Counted from the first letter of the stretch, positions 46,695 through 57,531 are shown. The stretch: DNA of 64,000 bases from Acidimicrobiales bacterium (GCA_036511495.1 DATCCC010000027.1:58174-122173), one strand, 5' to 3'. Numbers and translations: made by a program. Notes: a model not told the origin generated them from the sequence alone.

Positions 46695-47006
46695 TTAAGC
46701 CTTCGCTGAAATCTTGGTGATTTCGACGGTTGAGTAGTGCTGACGGTGACCCCAGCGCCGACGCTGGATCGACTTCGCCTTATAGGTCAACGCGCGGATC
46801 TTGGGGCCCTTTTCGCCACCAATGATCTTCGCCGTCACGAGGGCGCCCTTCAGGGCGGGGCCGGCAGTCACCTGGTCGCCGTCAACAAGCAAAACGGGCT
46901 GGAACTCAATATCGGCCCCCACCTCTTCTGAGCGCAAGTCAACGCGGACCACTTGGCCCTCGGTAACGCGCTCTTGAGATGTGCCTACTCGGATAACGGC
47001 GTACAT
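46695..47006 (-). CDS. rplU: 50S ribosomal protein L21
   Basis: MYAVIRVG; GHRQHYS; adjacent to rpmA. Confidence 0.95.
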   Translation of the reverse strand: MYAVIRVGTSQERVTEGQVVRVDLRSEEVGADIEFQPVLLVDGDQVTAGPALKGALVTAKIIGGEKGPKIRALTYKAKSIQRRRWGHRQHYSTVEITKISAKA

Positions 47007-47298
47007 AAGGTTTCCATACTAGCCGATTGTTTCAGGGCTTCGCGAGCTCGAAACCACTTAACGCAATCGGGGACGTCCGTACTAGGACTTCGCGATGGTG
47101 GCGCTCGTCCAGCCAATCTCCCATCCAAGGGAGATCCCCAAGATGTTGTCGAGTTCGTGGCCTCTCGCCGTGAAGGCTCAAAGGATCCAAAGGACTGCCC
47201 CCGCGAGTGCGCAACCCACGCCGTACGTAGCGCAGGAGTGCTATCACTCGCCTTCGGATTTGGCCCGCGGCGACGTGAGCCAGATGTTCACGTCGTCT

Positions 47299-48948
47299 TT
47301 AGAGACCGGTCTTTACGATGAAACCGCGACCCTCACAGACACTGCACACCACCGAAAGTGACTCCAGGAGACCTTCGTTCACGCGCTTTCTCGTCATTTC
47401 GATGAGCCCAAGTTCTGAGATATCAAAGACTTGTGTACGGGTCTTGTCACGAGAGAGGGCCTGACGCAAGGCCGACGCGACGGCCTCGCGATTGGTCTTT
47501 ATCTCCATGTCGATGAAGTCGATGACGATAATGCCACCAATATCGCGAAGTCGTAGCTGGCGCGCGACCTCGTCGGCCGCTTCTAAGTTGTTGCGAAACA
47601 CGGTCTCTTCGAGATTGTTCGTGCCCACGTTCTTGCCCGTGTTGACGTCAATGACCGTCAACGCCTCAGTGCGCTCGATGATGAGTGATCCACCAGAGGG
47701 TAAGAAGACCTTGCGATCTAAGGAGCGATGGAGCTGTTCATGGACGAAGTAGCGCTCAAAGAGCGGCAGATCCTCACTGTCGCGGTCGTAATACTCAATA
47801 CGGTCAGCCAGTTCGGGGTTGACGGCCATCACGTACTCGCGCACCTTTTCGAACAGCGTGCGGTCATCGATTAACACCGCGCGATACTCGTCGTTGAGCT
47901 CTTCGCGCAGAACGCGCACCGCAAGGTCGAGGTCGCGATAGACCAGCCGAGGTTGATTGGACTTAGCGACTTCGGCCTCAATGGCCGCCCACTTCTCCAC
48001 AAGTGACGACACGTCGCGTGAAAGTTCTTCGCCCGTCACGCCTTCGGCGGCCGTTCGAATGATGATGCCGTGTCGCTCGGGCTTGACTTCGTCGATGATT
48101 TTGCGCAGTCGTCGGCGCTCGCCGTCGGGCAGACGCTTCGAGATACCAATCGTCGACGAGTTTGGCACGAGTACCGCGAAACGACCAGGTAACGAGACTT
48201 CTTGTGTGAGTCGTGCACCCTTGGCGCCGATCGCGTTCTTGGTTACCTGACAGACCACCGTCTGGCCAGCCTTGATCATCTCTTCGATTCGCTTGTTGTT
48301 CGTGGGCGCGCCGTCGACGTCTTCACCGTCGTAGGACACGTCGCCTTTGTAGAGCACCGCGTTCTTTGGAATGCCGATGTCGACGAAGGCGAGCTCCATA
48401 CCGGGCAGGACGTTTTGAATGCGGCCAACGTAGATATTGCCGTCAATTTGATTCGTCTCGTCGGCGTTCTTCGCCAACGTGTACTCCACCATCGAACGTC
48501 CCTCGAGGGTGGCGATGTGCGTGCCTTCTTCGGTCGTGTGTACGGCCATGAGGTAGCGGCCTTGGGCGCGCGTGCGACGCTCGCCACCGCGACGGCGTCG
48601 ACCGCGGCCTTGGCGCTCGGCACTGTCGAGGCCGACACCTTCCGGCGCTGAGGCTTCAACTGGAGCTTCAGAAACACGGCGTTGGTTGCCTTGATTCGAG
48701 GTACCGTTCTGACTTCCTCGACCACCTTGGTTGGACTGGTTGGACTGGCCACCTTGGCCGGAGCGACCCCGTCCGCCACGTCGACGGCGATTGCCACCAC
48801 CGCCGTTCGATCCATTTGACGTGGTCGCGGGCGTCGCGGGACCTCCCGGAGCAGCCGGTCGAGTGTCGCCTATCTGAGGGGAGGGTCGGGTATCGCCAAT
48901 TCGAGGATTAGACGATGAGGGTACGGGTTGGTTGGATTCGTCGCTCAC
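47299..48948 (-). CDS. rne: Ribonuclease E/G family with disordered N-terminus
   Basis: S1 domain GNIYVGRIQNVLPGMELAFVDIG; VIDVNTGK; LRLRDIGGIIVIDFIDM; Zn-link CSVCEGRG. Confidence 0.95.
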   Translation of the reverse strand: MSDESNQPVPSSSNPRIGDTRPSPQIGDTRPAAPGGPATPATTSNGSNGGGGNRRRRGGRGRSGQGGQSNQSNQGGRGSQNGTSNQGNQRRVSEAPVEASAPEGVGLDSAERQGRGRRRRGGERRTRAQGRYLMAVHTTEEGTHIATLEGRSMVEYTLAKNADETNQIDGNIYVGRIQNVLPGMELAFVDIGIPKNAVLYKGDVSYDGEDVDGAPTNNKRIEEMIKAGQTVVCQVTKNAIGAKGARLTQEVSLPGRFAVLVPNSSTIGISKRLPDGERRRLRKIIDEVKPERHGIIIRTAAEGVTGEELSRDVSSLVEKWAAIEAEVAKSNQPRLVYRDLDLAVRVLREELNDEYRAVLIDDRTLFEKVREYVMAVNPELADRIEYYDRDSEDLPLFERYFVHEQLHRSLDRKVFLPSGGSLIIERTEALTVIDVNTGKNVGTNNLEETVFRNNLEAADEVARQLRLRDIGGIIVIDFIDMEIKTNREAVASALRQALSRDKTRTQVFDISELGLIEMTRKRVNEGLLESLSVVCSVCEGRGFIVKTGL

Positions 48949-49230
48949 GACGGGTACTCCTTGCGTTCTTAGGGGTTAGGGCGTGGTGCGGTGCACCACG
49001 GGTAAACGCCGGGCGTGGCGAAAGGCTCACGTCGGCGCGATGGAAAGAGCTAAAGACTCGTTGAGCCGTGACGGCAAGGACCGCCCACAGAGTTAGTAGA
49101 TGCAGCGCACTGGCGTGTACCACTTTTTCGTCCTCAATGCTGTGCGTAACGGAGTGAGAGCACTGCGTTACAGCGGCGTACTTTTGCGTCTGACACCCAA
49201 TGTGTCAAAGCGCCCAACCCCTTAAGGCTA
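48949..49230 (-). promoter_or_regulatory. rne promoter and long (~270 nt) structured 5' leader
   Basis: TAGCCT at 49225-49230; hairpins at 49191-49207, 49146-49171 and 48982-49000; AAGGAG SD before the GTG. Confidence 0.5.
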
Positions 49231-49243
49231 CTCCACCGAGGCC

Positions 49244-51382
49244 CTAACCTGACTTCTTCGTCGTTGTGGTTGTGGTCGAGGCCTTCTTCTTTGACGTGGG
49301 TATTGTCAAGGCCGTCTTGAGTTTCAGCGCCGGAACACCGTGGGCCACGAGATAGTTAAAGGTCTCGGCCACGACCGGCGCGGCGGCGTTGGCGCCGTAG
49401 CCACCCTCGTCGATCACGCACAAGACAACGTATTTGGGGTGGGTCGTCGGACCAAAGCCGACGAACCACGAGTTGGGTTCGAGCCCCTTCGCTACACTCG
49501 CGGTACCGGTTTTACCGGCAATGGGAAACGACGACAGCGAATAGTGAAAATAAGTGTGAAACGGTGAGTACGCCGTGCCCGAGGGACTGTCAACGACGCC
49601 GGTGAGACCCTGAAGGATGGGGTTGCGAACACTGGGTGGCAGCGAGACGTGTCCGAGTACGCGCGGCTGGTAGCGAATGACCGTCTGGCCGTGGGGATTA
49701 ACGATGGCCGCGGCGACTTCGGGTGTGTAGAGCGTGCCGCCATTGGCGAAGGTGGCGTAGGCGTTGGCCATGGCGATTGGTGAGATCGCGGTGGTGCCTT
49801 GACCAAAGGCCATCTCAATGTTGTCGCCGGTGTACCAACTCACAAATGGAAAGGCCGCCGGCGCCGAGGCGTGGAGTTCTTTACGCACTTGGGGTGAGTC
49901 GACGCGACCTTGGGCCTCGTTGGGGAGGTCGATGTTGGTGGTTTGGCTGACGCCGTACTTCGCGGCGACGTTTTGAATGGGTGTCTGACCGTAACGACCC
50001 TGCTGGTTCCAGAAGAGATAGCCCAAGTTGTAAAAGTAATAGTCCGACGAGACCGTGAGAGCAGTTGGCAAGTTGATCAAACCGGCCGCCGAGTTGTCGT
50101 CGTCGTGAAATAAGCACGAGCCGGTGCCGACCTTGCGGCACCCCGGTACCTTGAACGTACCGGTGTCGTCGATCAGCTTGTTGGCTGAAAGTATTCCGGT
50201 TTGTAGTTCCGCGGTTGCGGTAAAGAGTTTGAAGGTGCTACCCGGAGTGTAGAGACCCTGGATGGCGTAGTTGTTAAACGCGCCCTCGTTGCGCAACACC
50301 GAGTACTCGCCGTTCGTCAGACCCTTAACGAACGATTCGAGGTTGAACGTGGGGTAGCTCGACATCGCGAGAATGTCGCCATTGTTGGGGTCCATCACGA
50401 TCGCGGCGCCATTGATCGCCTTGGGCACGAGGCCCGAGACCGGGTCAACGGAGTGACGGTCGGCCAGAATCTGATTCGCCAGGAACCCATCGAGCGCCTT
50501 CTGCAGCGGCGTGTCGATGTTGAGCACCACCGAGTCGCCGACCGTCGGCTCTTTCGTCTTCTTCGTCTTCAAGACATTCCCGAAAGGTCCAACCTCGAGG
50601 GTGCTCGAACCATCTTTTCCACGAAGGTACGACTCGTAGTACGACTCGATGCCCGACTTGCCGATCGATGAATCGGGTTGATATCCCTGGTGAGGGTTGG
50701 CCTGAATCTCTTGGAGCGTGATCGGGCCGACGTAACCGAGCACTTGGGCGCCGAGCAGTCCGCCGTTGGGGTAGGAACGGGTCGAGGCGTCAAGAACCGA
50801 GACGCCCGGGAACTCGCCCGGGTGCAACTTGATGAACTCAACGACTTTGGCGGGCGCGTTGGCCAAAATTGGCGCCGGTTGGTACTGGCTGTACTGCTGG
50901 TTCGCGAGGTCCGTATTGATCTTTTTCACGCTGAGCCCCGTGAGAGACGAAAGCGAGCCGATGACCCCGGGGTGCAGCGTCGACTCCGCTCTCGAGAGGC
51001 GGATCTCGGTCGTGGTGACGTTCGTCGCCAGCGGGTTGCCTTCGCGGTCAAAGATGCTGCCACGAGTAGCGGGGATGTTCGTCACACGAAGCACGTTCGC
51101 CTGCGCCGCGGCAACGGACGATTTGTAGTCAACCACCTGTAAGAAAAAGAGCCGCACGACGAGGAGAACCAAGAGCACCGCGAAGAAGCCGCCGATGACC
51201 AACCACCGCCGTTCGGGACGTGCTTGGACCTCGTCCGGCGAGGCCATAAGGTCGCGAATTCCAACCGGCTTAGGCTCGTTAATCGTGCGACCACGTCCGC
51301 GCAACGGGTGCAGTGAGACCCACGGTCGCCAGAGCCGTGAAAACCACGAACCAGTGGGTCTATCGCGCCACGAGTTCTTCAC
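49244..51382 (-). CDS. mrdA: Penicillin-binding protein 2 (class B transpeptidase)
   Basis: PGSTFK (SxxK), SSD variant of SxN and KTGT; PATRGSIFDR. GTG 51382 overlaps the mreD stop (an alternative start at the downstream MASPDE is possible). Confidence 0.92.
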   Translation of the reverse strand: MKNSWRDRPTGSWFSRLWRPWVSLHPLRGRGRTINEPKPVGIRDLMASPDEVQARPERRWLVIGGFFAVLLVLLVVRLFFLQVVDYKSSVAAAQANVLRVTNIPATRGSIFDREGNPLATNVTTTEIRLSRAESTLHPGVIGSLSSLTGLSVKKINTDLANQQYSQYQPAPILANAPAKVVEFIKLHPGEFPGVSVLDASTRSYPNGGLLGAQVLGYVGPITLQEIQANPHQGYQPDSSIGKSGIESYYESYLRGKDGSSTLEVGPFGNVLKTKKTKEPTVGDSVVLNIDTPLQKALDGFLANQILADRHSVDPVSGLVPKAINGAAIVMDPNNGDILAMSSYPTFNLESFVKGLTNGEYSVLRNEGAFNNYAIQGLYTPGSTFKLFTATAELQTGILSANKLIDDTGTFKVPGCRKVGTGSCLFHDDDNSAAGLINLPTALTVSSDYYFYNLGYLFWNQQGRYGQTPIQNVAAKYGVSQTTNIDLPNEAQGRVDSPQVRKELHASAPAAFPFVSWYTGDNIEMAFGQGTTAISPIAMANAYATFANGGTLYTPEVAAAIVNPHGQTVIRYQPRVLGHVSLPPSVRNPILQGLTGVVDSPSGTAYSPFHTYFHYSLSSFPIAGKTGTASVAKGLEPNSWFVGFGPTTHPKYVVLCVIDEGGYGANAAAPVVAETFNYLVAHGVPALKLKTALTIPTSKKKASTTTTTTKKSG

Positions 51383-51888
51383 CGCCTCGCACCACCCAGG
51401 CCGCCCACCCACCGCGCTAATCGCGCCATGGGCCGCGCCAGGAGAAAGAAGGCTACGGCGTTCACGACCATCGCCGGGAAGAGGCTGTCTCGCCAGAGAG
51501 AAAAGTTCAGTGTTACGAAACTCGCGCCAACGAAGAGCACGGGCGCGACGAATCCCGCGGCCGCGGCGAGCAGCGGCGTAACCCACCACGCCGCAGAGTC
51601 GAGGTCACCGACACCTTCGCGACCTAAACGTGACGCACCGTAGGCGAGGAGCAGGGCCACCAGCGCGGTGAGCCCAAAGGGAGTCGTTGCGTGCGTGTCG
51701 AAAAAAACACCGGCGACTAACGCGCACCACAACGAAAGCGCGGTAAGTCCGGCGAGGCCCATCGCCAGGGGCCAGAGCCAGACAATCATGACGACAACGC
51801 CCGCGAAGCGCAGTGACGTGAAAATGGAGAGTTGAACGGCGACGATGACGAGTGTGGCAATCGTCACTGGTAGGAGAAATCTTCTCAC
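51379..51888 (-). CDS. mreD: Rod shape-determining protein MreD-like membrane protein
   Basis: Hydrophobic ~170 aa with GVFFD...PFG; lies between mreC and mrdA; GTGA coupling. Confidence 0.8.
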   Translation of the reverse strand: MRRFLLPVTIATLVIVAVQLSIFTSLRFAGVVVMIVWLWPLAMGLAGLTALSLWCALVAGVFFDTHATTPFGLTALVALLLAYGASRLGREGVGDLDSAAWWVTPLLAAAAGFVAPVLFVGASFVTLNFSLWRDSLFPAMVVNAVAFFLLARPMARLARWVGGLGGARR

Positions 51889-52703
51889 GCAGCGGGTTCC
51901 CAAATCACGACGTCGAGGTAGGAAAGGTAGTGCAAGTTAGCGGCCGGCTTCAAGGTGAGGTTGTAGGTCGCCGCGCCCGGAGTTAACGTCACCGTCTTCA
52001 CCGACGCGACCGGCACTCCCGCCGGGTAGAGGCCGCCATTCAAACCATCGGTGAAGAGTTTTGTTCCGGGCGTGACCGACGTGCCAAGTGGCACCGACGT
52101 TGCCGCGAGTCCGTTATTGAGACCGCGCCCCGACACGATAAGGGTCGTTACGCCCGTGCCAAAGGTCACTCCCACCGAGGAAGCGGTGTCGGTGATGAGT
52201 CGAACGGTCGCGCTGTTCGCCGTGGCGGCGACGACGCGACCCACGAGGCCGCCGTTCGCCACCACCGGCATGCCGTCCAAAATGCCGCTGTCTTGACCCT
52301 TGGAGATAGTCACCGTCGCGGCAAAGTTCGTCGGCGACAGCGCGGTTACCTGGGCCGCCACGGTCGGGAGCGATCCCACAAAGGGCACGTCGAGGTTCGT
52401 CGTCACTTGTTGGAGTTGGCGCGCGTACGCCCAGCCCTGGTTGGCCCGCTCTTCGGCCTTACCCAGTTGGTAACGAAGTTTCTGATTCTGGGCCACCACG
52501 TCGCTGTAGTTCACGGTGCCCGCGAGCATGTGGCCTATCGGGTGCGCGATGAGGTTCACCGCCCAACTAAAGGGCGTGACGACGATGTTGGCCCCGCTAC
52601 GAAGCCCTGAGGAAACGCCCGTCGTCAGATAGAGCACGATAATGGTCGCCAGTGCCGCGAGCGAGAGAGTCCACGTACGACGCCGTGAACGATCGGTGGC
52701 CAC
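51885..52703 (-). CDS. mreC: Rod shape-determining protein MreC
   Basis: TM plus coiled coil; GMPVVANGGLVGRV; GLYPAGVPVA. Confidence 0.9.
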   Translation of the reverse strand: MATDRSRRRTWTLSLAALATIIVLYLTTGVSSGLRSGANIVVTPFSWAVNLIAHPIGHMLAGTVNYSDVVAQNQKLRYQLGKAEERANQGWAYARQLQQVTTNLDVPFVGSLPTVAAQVTALSPTNFAATVTISKGQDSGILDGMPVVANGGLVGRVVAATANSATVRLITDTASSVGVTFGTGVTTLIVSGRGLNNGLAATSVPLGTSVTPGTKLFTDGLNGGLYPAGVPVASVKTVTLTPGAATYNLTLKPAANLHYLSYLDVVIWEPAA

Positions 52704-52713
52704 GAGTTAACGC

Positions 52714-53745
52714 CTAACGCGAAGGTGCGGTCTTCAACATGCGCGCGAAGACGTCAAGCTCTTCCAGGCACATTCCACTTCCGAGCGCCACGCAGTTCAA
52801 GGGATCGTTCGCCAGGATGATGGGCATATTGGTCTCGAATTCGAGGCGAGCGGCGAGGCCCGCGAGCAACGCTCCCCCACCCGTCAGGACAATGCCCTGC
52901 TCCATGAGGTCGGACGAGAGTTCTGGTGGGGTGCGGTCCAAGGTGACCTTGACCGCGTCAACGATGGCTTGCACGGGCTCTTCAATGGCTTGACGAATCT
53001 GTTCCGTAGAAATAACGACGGTCTTTGGTAGTCCGGTAACGAGGTCACGACCGCGAATCTCGGCGCGAAGCTCCTGCTCGAGAGGAAAGGCCGATCCGAG
53101 CTGTATCTTGATCTCTTCGGCTGTTCTCTCACCAAGGGCTAACTGGAACTCTTTCTTCACGTACGCCACGAGCGCTTCGTCAAGCTCATCGCCACCAACG
53201 CGAATCGACTGACTGGTGACAATGCCCCCGAGTGAGATGACGGCGACTTCGGTCGTGCCGCCGCCGATGTCCACCACCATGTTGCCCGTCGGTTCGTGAA
53301 TCGGCAGTCCCGCACCAATGGCCGCGGCCATGGGCTCTTCAATGATGTAGGCCTTGCGCGCGCCGGCGAACTCGGCCGCCTCCATGACCGCGCGCTGTTC
53401 GACACCGGTAATGCCCGATGGCACACAAATCACCATGCGGGGCTTTGCGAAGCGACGCTGGTGGACGCGGTGAATGAAGTAGCGCAACATTTTTTCGCAG
53501 ATCTCAAAGTCCGCGATGACGCCGTCCTTGAGAGGTCGAATCGCTTGAATGTTGCTCGGAGTGCGTCCAATCATTCGTTTGGCCTCGGCACCCACGGCTA
53601 GTGGCTTGCCGTCTTTGACGTCCACGGCGACCACGGAAGGTTCGTTCAAGACGATGCCGCGTCCGCGCACGTAGACGAGCGTGTTCGCTGTACCTAAGTC
53701 CACCGCCATGTCACGACCTAGCAGTGAGAAACGTCCATCAGCCAT
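52714..53745 (-). CDS. mreB: Rod shape-determining protein MreB
   Basis: DLGTANT; [12 protein letters not shown]; [10 protein letters not shown]; LTGGGALL. Confidence 0.97.
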   Translation of the reverse strand: MADGRFSLLGRDMAVDLGTANTLVYVRGRGIVLNEPSVVAVDVKDGKPLAVGAEAKRMIGRTPSNIQAIRPLKDGVIADFEICEKMLRYFIHRVHQRRFAKPRMVICVPSGITGVEQRAVMEAAEFAGARKAYIIEEPMAAAIGAGLPIHEPTGNMVVDIGGGTTEVAVISLGGIVTSQSIRVGGDELDEALVAYVKKEFQLALGERTAEEIKIQLGSAFPLEQELRAEIRGRDLVTGLPKTVVISTEQIRQAIEEPVQAIVDAVKVTLDRTPPELSSDLMEQGIVLTGGGALLAGLAARLEFETNMPIILANDPLNCVALGSGMCLEELDVFARMLKTAPSR

Positions 53746-53829
53746 AGTTTCCCTTTATCGAGGCGTGAGACACCCCGCGCTTTCTATCAAGGCTAGGGCA
53801 CGACAGAGCCTTTTGACCAGTTCGGGGCG

Positions 53830-54240
53830 CTAAGTCAACGTAGGAAAGAAGATTGATATTTCACGTTGCGCCGATTCACTTGAATCCGATCCGTGAATGA
53901 CGTTCTGCGACATCTCAACAGCGAGGTCGCCACGAATGGTTCCCAGCGCCGCGTCAGTTGGATTCGTCGCACCGATCATGGCGCGAACCACTTGCCACGT
54001 GTCGTCGGGCCCTTCGACGACGATCACTAATGAGGGACCGCTGGTAATAAAGGTCACGAGACGATCGAAGAATGGTTTGCCTTCGTGTTCGGCGTAGTGG
54101 CGCTTCGCCGTGGCTTCGTCGATGGTGCGCAACTCGCATGTCACGAAGTGAAACTGGCGCTGTTCGAAACGAGAGAGAATTTCACCAACGAGTCCTCGCT
54201 CGACGCCGTCGGGCTTGATGATGACCAGGGTTCTCTTCAC
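53830..54240 (-). CDS. ndk: Nucleoside-diphosphate kinase
   Basis: RTLVIIKPDG; GTIRGD; NVIHGSDS. Start set at GTG 54240. Confidence 0.96.
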   Translation of the reverse strand: MKRTLVIIKPDGVERGLVGEILSRFEQRQFHFVTCELRTIDEATAKRHYAEHEGKPFFDRLVTFITSGPSLVIVVEGPDDTWQVVRAMIGATNPTDAALGTIRGDLAVEMSQNVIHGSDSSESAQREISIFFPTLT

Positions 54241-54259
54241 GCCAGGCAATCTAACAGTC

Positions 54260-55588
54260 TCAACTGGTGTGACGAGAAGTCACGTGCAACAGTTCACCGC
54301 GCACTTCAGCGACGAGGTAGAGACTCCCCGCGACGACAATGAGATCATCGTCGGTGGAACGTTCTCTCGCGTGCGCGAGTGCCGACGTCGCGTTCGGGTG
54401 TTCGAATGCCACGGCGCCGTTTCTTCGCAGCGCGGCCGCGAGTTCACCCACGGCAAGCGCACGCGGCGAGCGCGGCGCGCAACAGTGAAATTCAGTGAAA
54501 CCCGCACCAACGAGTGGCGCGACCATGTCATCGACATCACGACCGGTCAACATTCCGATCACGCAGCGGCGTTCGCCTCGAACGTCAAAAGCGCCGTCGA
54601 GTGTTGCGACCAACGCGCGAACGCCAGCCGGATTGTGTGCGCCGTCAACCACGATCATGGGATTACGCCCCACGATCTCCATTCGACCCGGCATACGAGC
54701 GTTCCTCAGCGACGTGACCACCACCTCTTCTCCCAATGCGCGACCTAAGAACGCCTCGGCGGCCACGATGGCGGTCGCGGCGTTCACGCCCTGGTGGATG
54801 CCGTGCAGTGACACGAGGATTTCTTCGTAGTAGGCGTAGGGCGTGCGTAGCGTGATGGCCCGGCCACCCAGAGCCAACTCGTTCTCCTCGAGTTCAAAGT
54901 CCTCACCGAGCAGCCAGAGCGTCGAGCCAATCTCCTCCGCTTTACCTTGAGCAATTTGGACAACGATGGCGTTAGTCGTCGCCACGATCGCGACGCCGTC
55001 GTGGCGAAAGATGCCAACCTTATCCCGGGCGATCTCACCTACCGTTGAACCCAATACTGCGGTGTGGTCGAGATCCACGTTGGTGAGCACCTCGACGTCA
55101 GAGTCGATGACGTTAGTGGAGTCCCAAGTGCCGCCCATGCCTACCTCGATCACCGCGACGTCGACGCCTTCGTCGGAAAAATGCAGCAACGCCGCCACCG
55201 TAAGCAACTCAAAACGCGTAAGTGCGATGCCGCTCACCGCCTCGACGTCCGAAAGTCGCTCGAGCGCGCTGATGAACGCTTCGTCGTCAATGGGTTCGGC
55301 GTTGACGGCAATACGCTCATTAATCGAGTGGAGATCGGGGCTGGTGAACGCGCCCACGCGTAATCCCGTCGCCTGCAGCAGCGCGCTCGTGAGCGTCGTG
55401 GTCGTACCTTTGCCGTTAGTGCCTGTCACGTGAATGGTCGGAAAGTCGCCCTGAGGGTCGGCGAAGAGCGTCAGTGTGTCGCGAACGGGTTCAAGAGTTG
55501 GAATCGCTTGACGATTGGGCGCGACGCGCTCGAAGTCAACGTGTGATTCGAGCCACTTCAGTGCCTCGGCGTACGATGAAAATCGCAC
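54260..55588 (-). CDS. folC: Folylpolyglutamate synthase/dihydrofolate synthase
   Basis: HVTGTNGKGT; EVGMGGTWDSTN; PGRME; VDGAHNPAG. Confidence 0.94.
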   Translation of the reverse strand: MRFSSYAEALKWLESHVDFERVAPNRQAIPTLEPVRDTLTLFADPQGDFPTIHVTGTNGKGTTTTLTSALLQATGLRVGAFTSPDLHSINERIAVNAEPIDDEAFISALERLSDVEAVSGIALTRFELLTVAALLHFSDEGVDVAVIEVGMGGTWDSTNVIDSDVEVLTNVDLDHTAVLGSTVGEIARDKVGIFRHDGVAIVATTNAIVVQIAQGKAEEIGSTLWLLGEDFELEENELALGGRAITLRTPYAYYEEILVSLHGIHQGVNAATAIVAAEAFLGRALGEEVVVTSLRNARMPGRMEIVGRNPMIVVDGAHNPAGVRALVATLDGAFDVRGERRCVIGMLTGRDVDDMVAPLVGAGFTEFHCCAPRSPRALAVGELAAALRRNGAVAFEHPNATSALAHARERSTDDDLIVVAGSLYLVAEVRGELLHVTSRHTS

Positions 55589-55591
55589 CGC

Positions 55592-56848
55592 TTAGCTCGC
55601 GCGACGGGTTCGCGTCGCCTTTCGCATTTCATAGTTGGGCGCCTCGTGCAGGCGCACCGACGCCGCGGTCACGACGCACTTAACCACGTCGCTGCGACCC
55701 GGTACGTCGTACATGGGCTCTAGTAACACGTGTTCGAGAATCGATCGCAGTCCGCGCGCCCCGGTACCACGTTCGAGCGCGAGATCGGCTATGGCCACGA
55801 GCGCGTCGTCCTCGATCACGAGTTCGACCCCGTCCATCGCGAGCACTTGCTGGAACTGCTTGACGAGTGAGTTCTTCGGCTCGGTCAACACCTTGATCAA
55901 CATGTCGCGGTCGAGTTGCTGCACCGCGCCGATGATCGGCAGTCGTCCGATGAACTCGGGGATTAGTCCAAACTTGACCATGTCTTCAGGCAAGACGTGG
56001 CGAAAGAGTTCGATGTCACCCTTGCGCTTGGACTCGATGGGCTGATTGAACCCCATCGACTTCTTGCCGAGTCGGCGCTCGATGATCTCTTCGAGTCCCG
56101 AGAACGCGCCCCCGCAGATGAAGAGAATGTTCGCGGTATCGATGGTGATGAACTCTTGGTGAGGGTGCTTGCGACCACCTTGGGGTGGAACACTCGCGAT
56201 GGTGCCTTCAAGAATCTTCAGGAGCGCCTGTTGCACGCCTTCACCGGACACGTCGCGCGTGATTGATGGGTTCTCGGCCTTGCGCGCAATCTTGTCGATC
56301 TCATCGATGTAAATGATGCCGCGTTCGGCGCGCTTGACGTCAAAGTCGGCCGCCGAGAGGAGCTTGAGCAGGATGTTCTCGACGTCTTCGCCAACGTAGC
56401 CAGCTTCGGTGAGCGCGGTGGCGTCGGCGATAGCGAAGGGCACGTTGAGCATTCGTGCCAGCGTCTGAGCGAGGAAGGTCTTGCCACAGCCCGTCGGGCC
56501 GAGCAAGAGGACATTGGATTTGGCGACTTCGACGTCTTCATCATGCAGCGGACCGGTTTGGATTCGCTTGTAGTGGTTGTAGACCGCGACGGCGAGAATC
56601 TTTTTCGCGTCAACTTGGCCGATAACGAACTCGTCGAGGAACGCCGAGATCTCGCGCGGAGTTGGTAGTTCATCGAGAATGAACTCGGGGCGATCGCCGA
56701 ACTCGTCCGCGATGATGTCGTTACACAGGTCAATGCACTCGTCGCAGATGTACACGCTGGGTCCCGCGATGAGCTTCTTAACCTGCTTTTGACCCTTCGC
56801 GCAGAAACTGCACTTAATAAGGTCGCTGCCTTCACCGAATTTTGCCAC
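55592..56848 (-). CDS. clpX: ATP-dependent Clp protease ATP-binding subunit ClpX
   Basis: CSFC...ICDECI zinc domain; GPTGCGKT; [14 protein letters not shown]; TGARGLRS. Confidence 0.97.
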   Translation of the reverse strand: MAKFGEGSDLIKCSFCAKGQKQVKKLIAGPSVYICDECIDLCNDIIADEFGDRPEFILDELPTPREISAFLDEFVIGQVDAKKILAVAVYNHYKRIQTGPLHDEDVEVAKSNVLLLGPTGCGKTFLAQTLARMLNVPFAIADATALTEAGYVGEDVENILLKLLSAADFDVKRAERGIIYIDEIDKIARKAENPSITRDVSGEGVQQALLKILEGTIASVPPQGGRKHPHQEFITIDTANILFICGGAFSGLEEIIERRLGKKSMGFNQPIESKRKGDIELFRHVLPEDMVKFGLIPEFIGRLPIIGAVQQLDRDMLIKVLTEPKNSLVKQFQQVLAMDGVELVIEDDALVAIADLALERGTGARGLRSILEHVLLEPMYDVPGRSDVVKCVVTAASVRLHEAPNYEMRKATRTRRAS

Positions 56849-56913
56849 GAGTACCCTCCGACACGCTTAGCGCCGCCGTTATCTTACGGTCCCTCGCTCT
56901 AAAAACGAGGTAC

Positions 56914-57522
56914 CTAGACGCGAGCGGTAATAACTTCGTCAATCAGGCCGTATTCCACGGCCTCATCGGCGCTAATGATGAAGTCACGGTCGGTGTCTTT
57001 GTTCACGCGCTCGACACTTTGACCAGTGTCGTGGGCGAGCATCGAGTTCAACATGTCCTTCATGCGCAGAATCTCACGTGCCTGAATTTCGATGTCCGAG
57101 GCCTGTCCGCCCACGCCACCCCAGGGTTGGTGCAAGAGCACGCGCGCGTGCGGCAACGCGTAACGCTTGCCCTTCGAACCCGCGCCCAGCAACACCGCGG
57201 CCGCCGAGGCCGCTTGACCGAAGCAGAACGTCGACACGTCGGGCTTGATGTACTTCATCGTGTCGTAGATCGCCAGCAGCCCTGTGATGTCACCACCGGG
57301 AGAGTTGATGTAGAGGTTGATGTCCTTTTCGGGGTCTTCTGACTCGAGGAAGAGCATCTGAGCACAAACCAAATTGGCGATGGTGTCGTCGATTGGTGTG
57401 CCGAGGAAGATAATCCGCTCACGCAGGAGGCGACTGTACAGGTCGTAAGCTCGCTCGCCACGGTTTGATGACTCTACGACCGTGGGGACGAGGTAGTTCT
57501 GGGCTCGATAGTTGTCGTTCAC
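56914..57522 (-). CDS. clpP: ATP-dependent Clp protease proteolytic subunit
   Basis: YINSPGG; GQAASAA (catalytic Ser); LHQP; DRD. Confidence 0.96.
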   Translation of the reverse strand: MNDNYRAQNYLVPTVVESSNRGERAYDLYSRLLRERIIFLGTPIDDTIANLVCAQMLFLESEDPEKDINLYINSPGGDITGLLAIYDTMKYIKPDVSTFCFGQAASAAAVLLGAGSKGKRYALPHARVLLHQPWGGVGGQASDIEIQAREILRMKDMLNSMLAHDTGQSVERVNKDTDRDFIISADEAVEYGLIDEVITARV

Positions 57523-57531
57523 GCCACTACC

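Noticed and set aside
47230-47255. CIRCE-like half site TAGCACTC
   Set aside because: The second half site at 9-nt spacing is absent and no chaperone gene follows.
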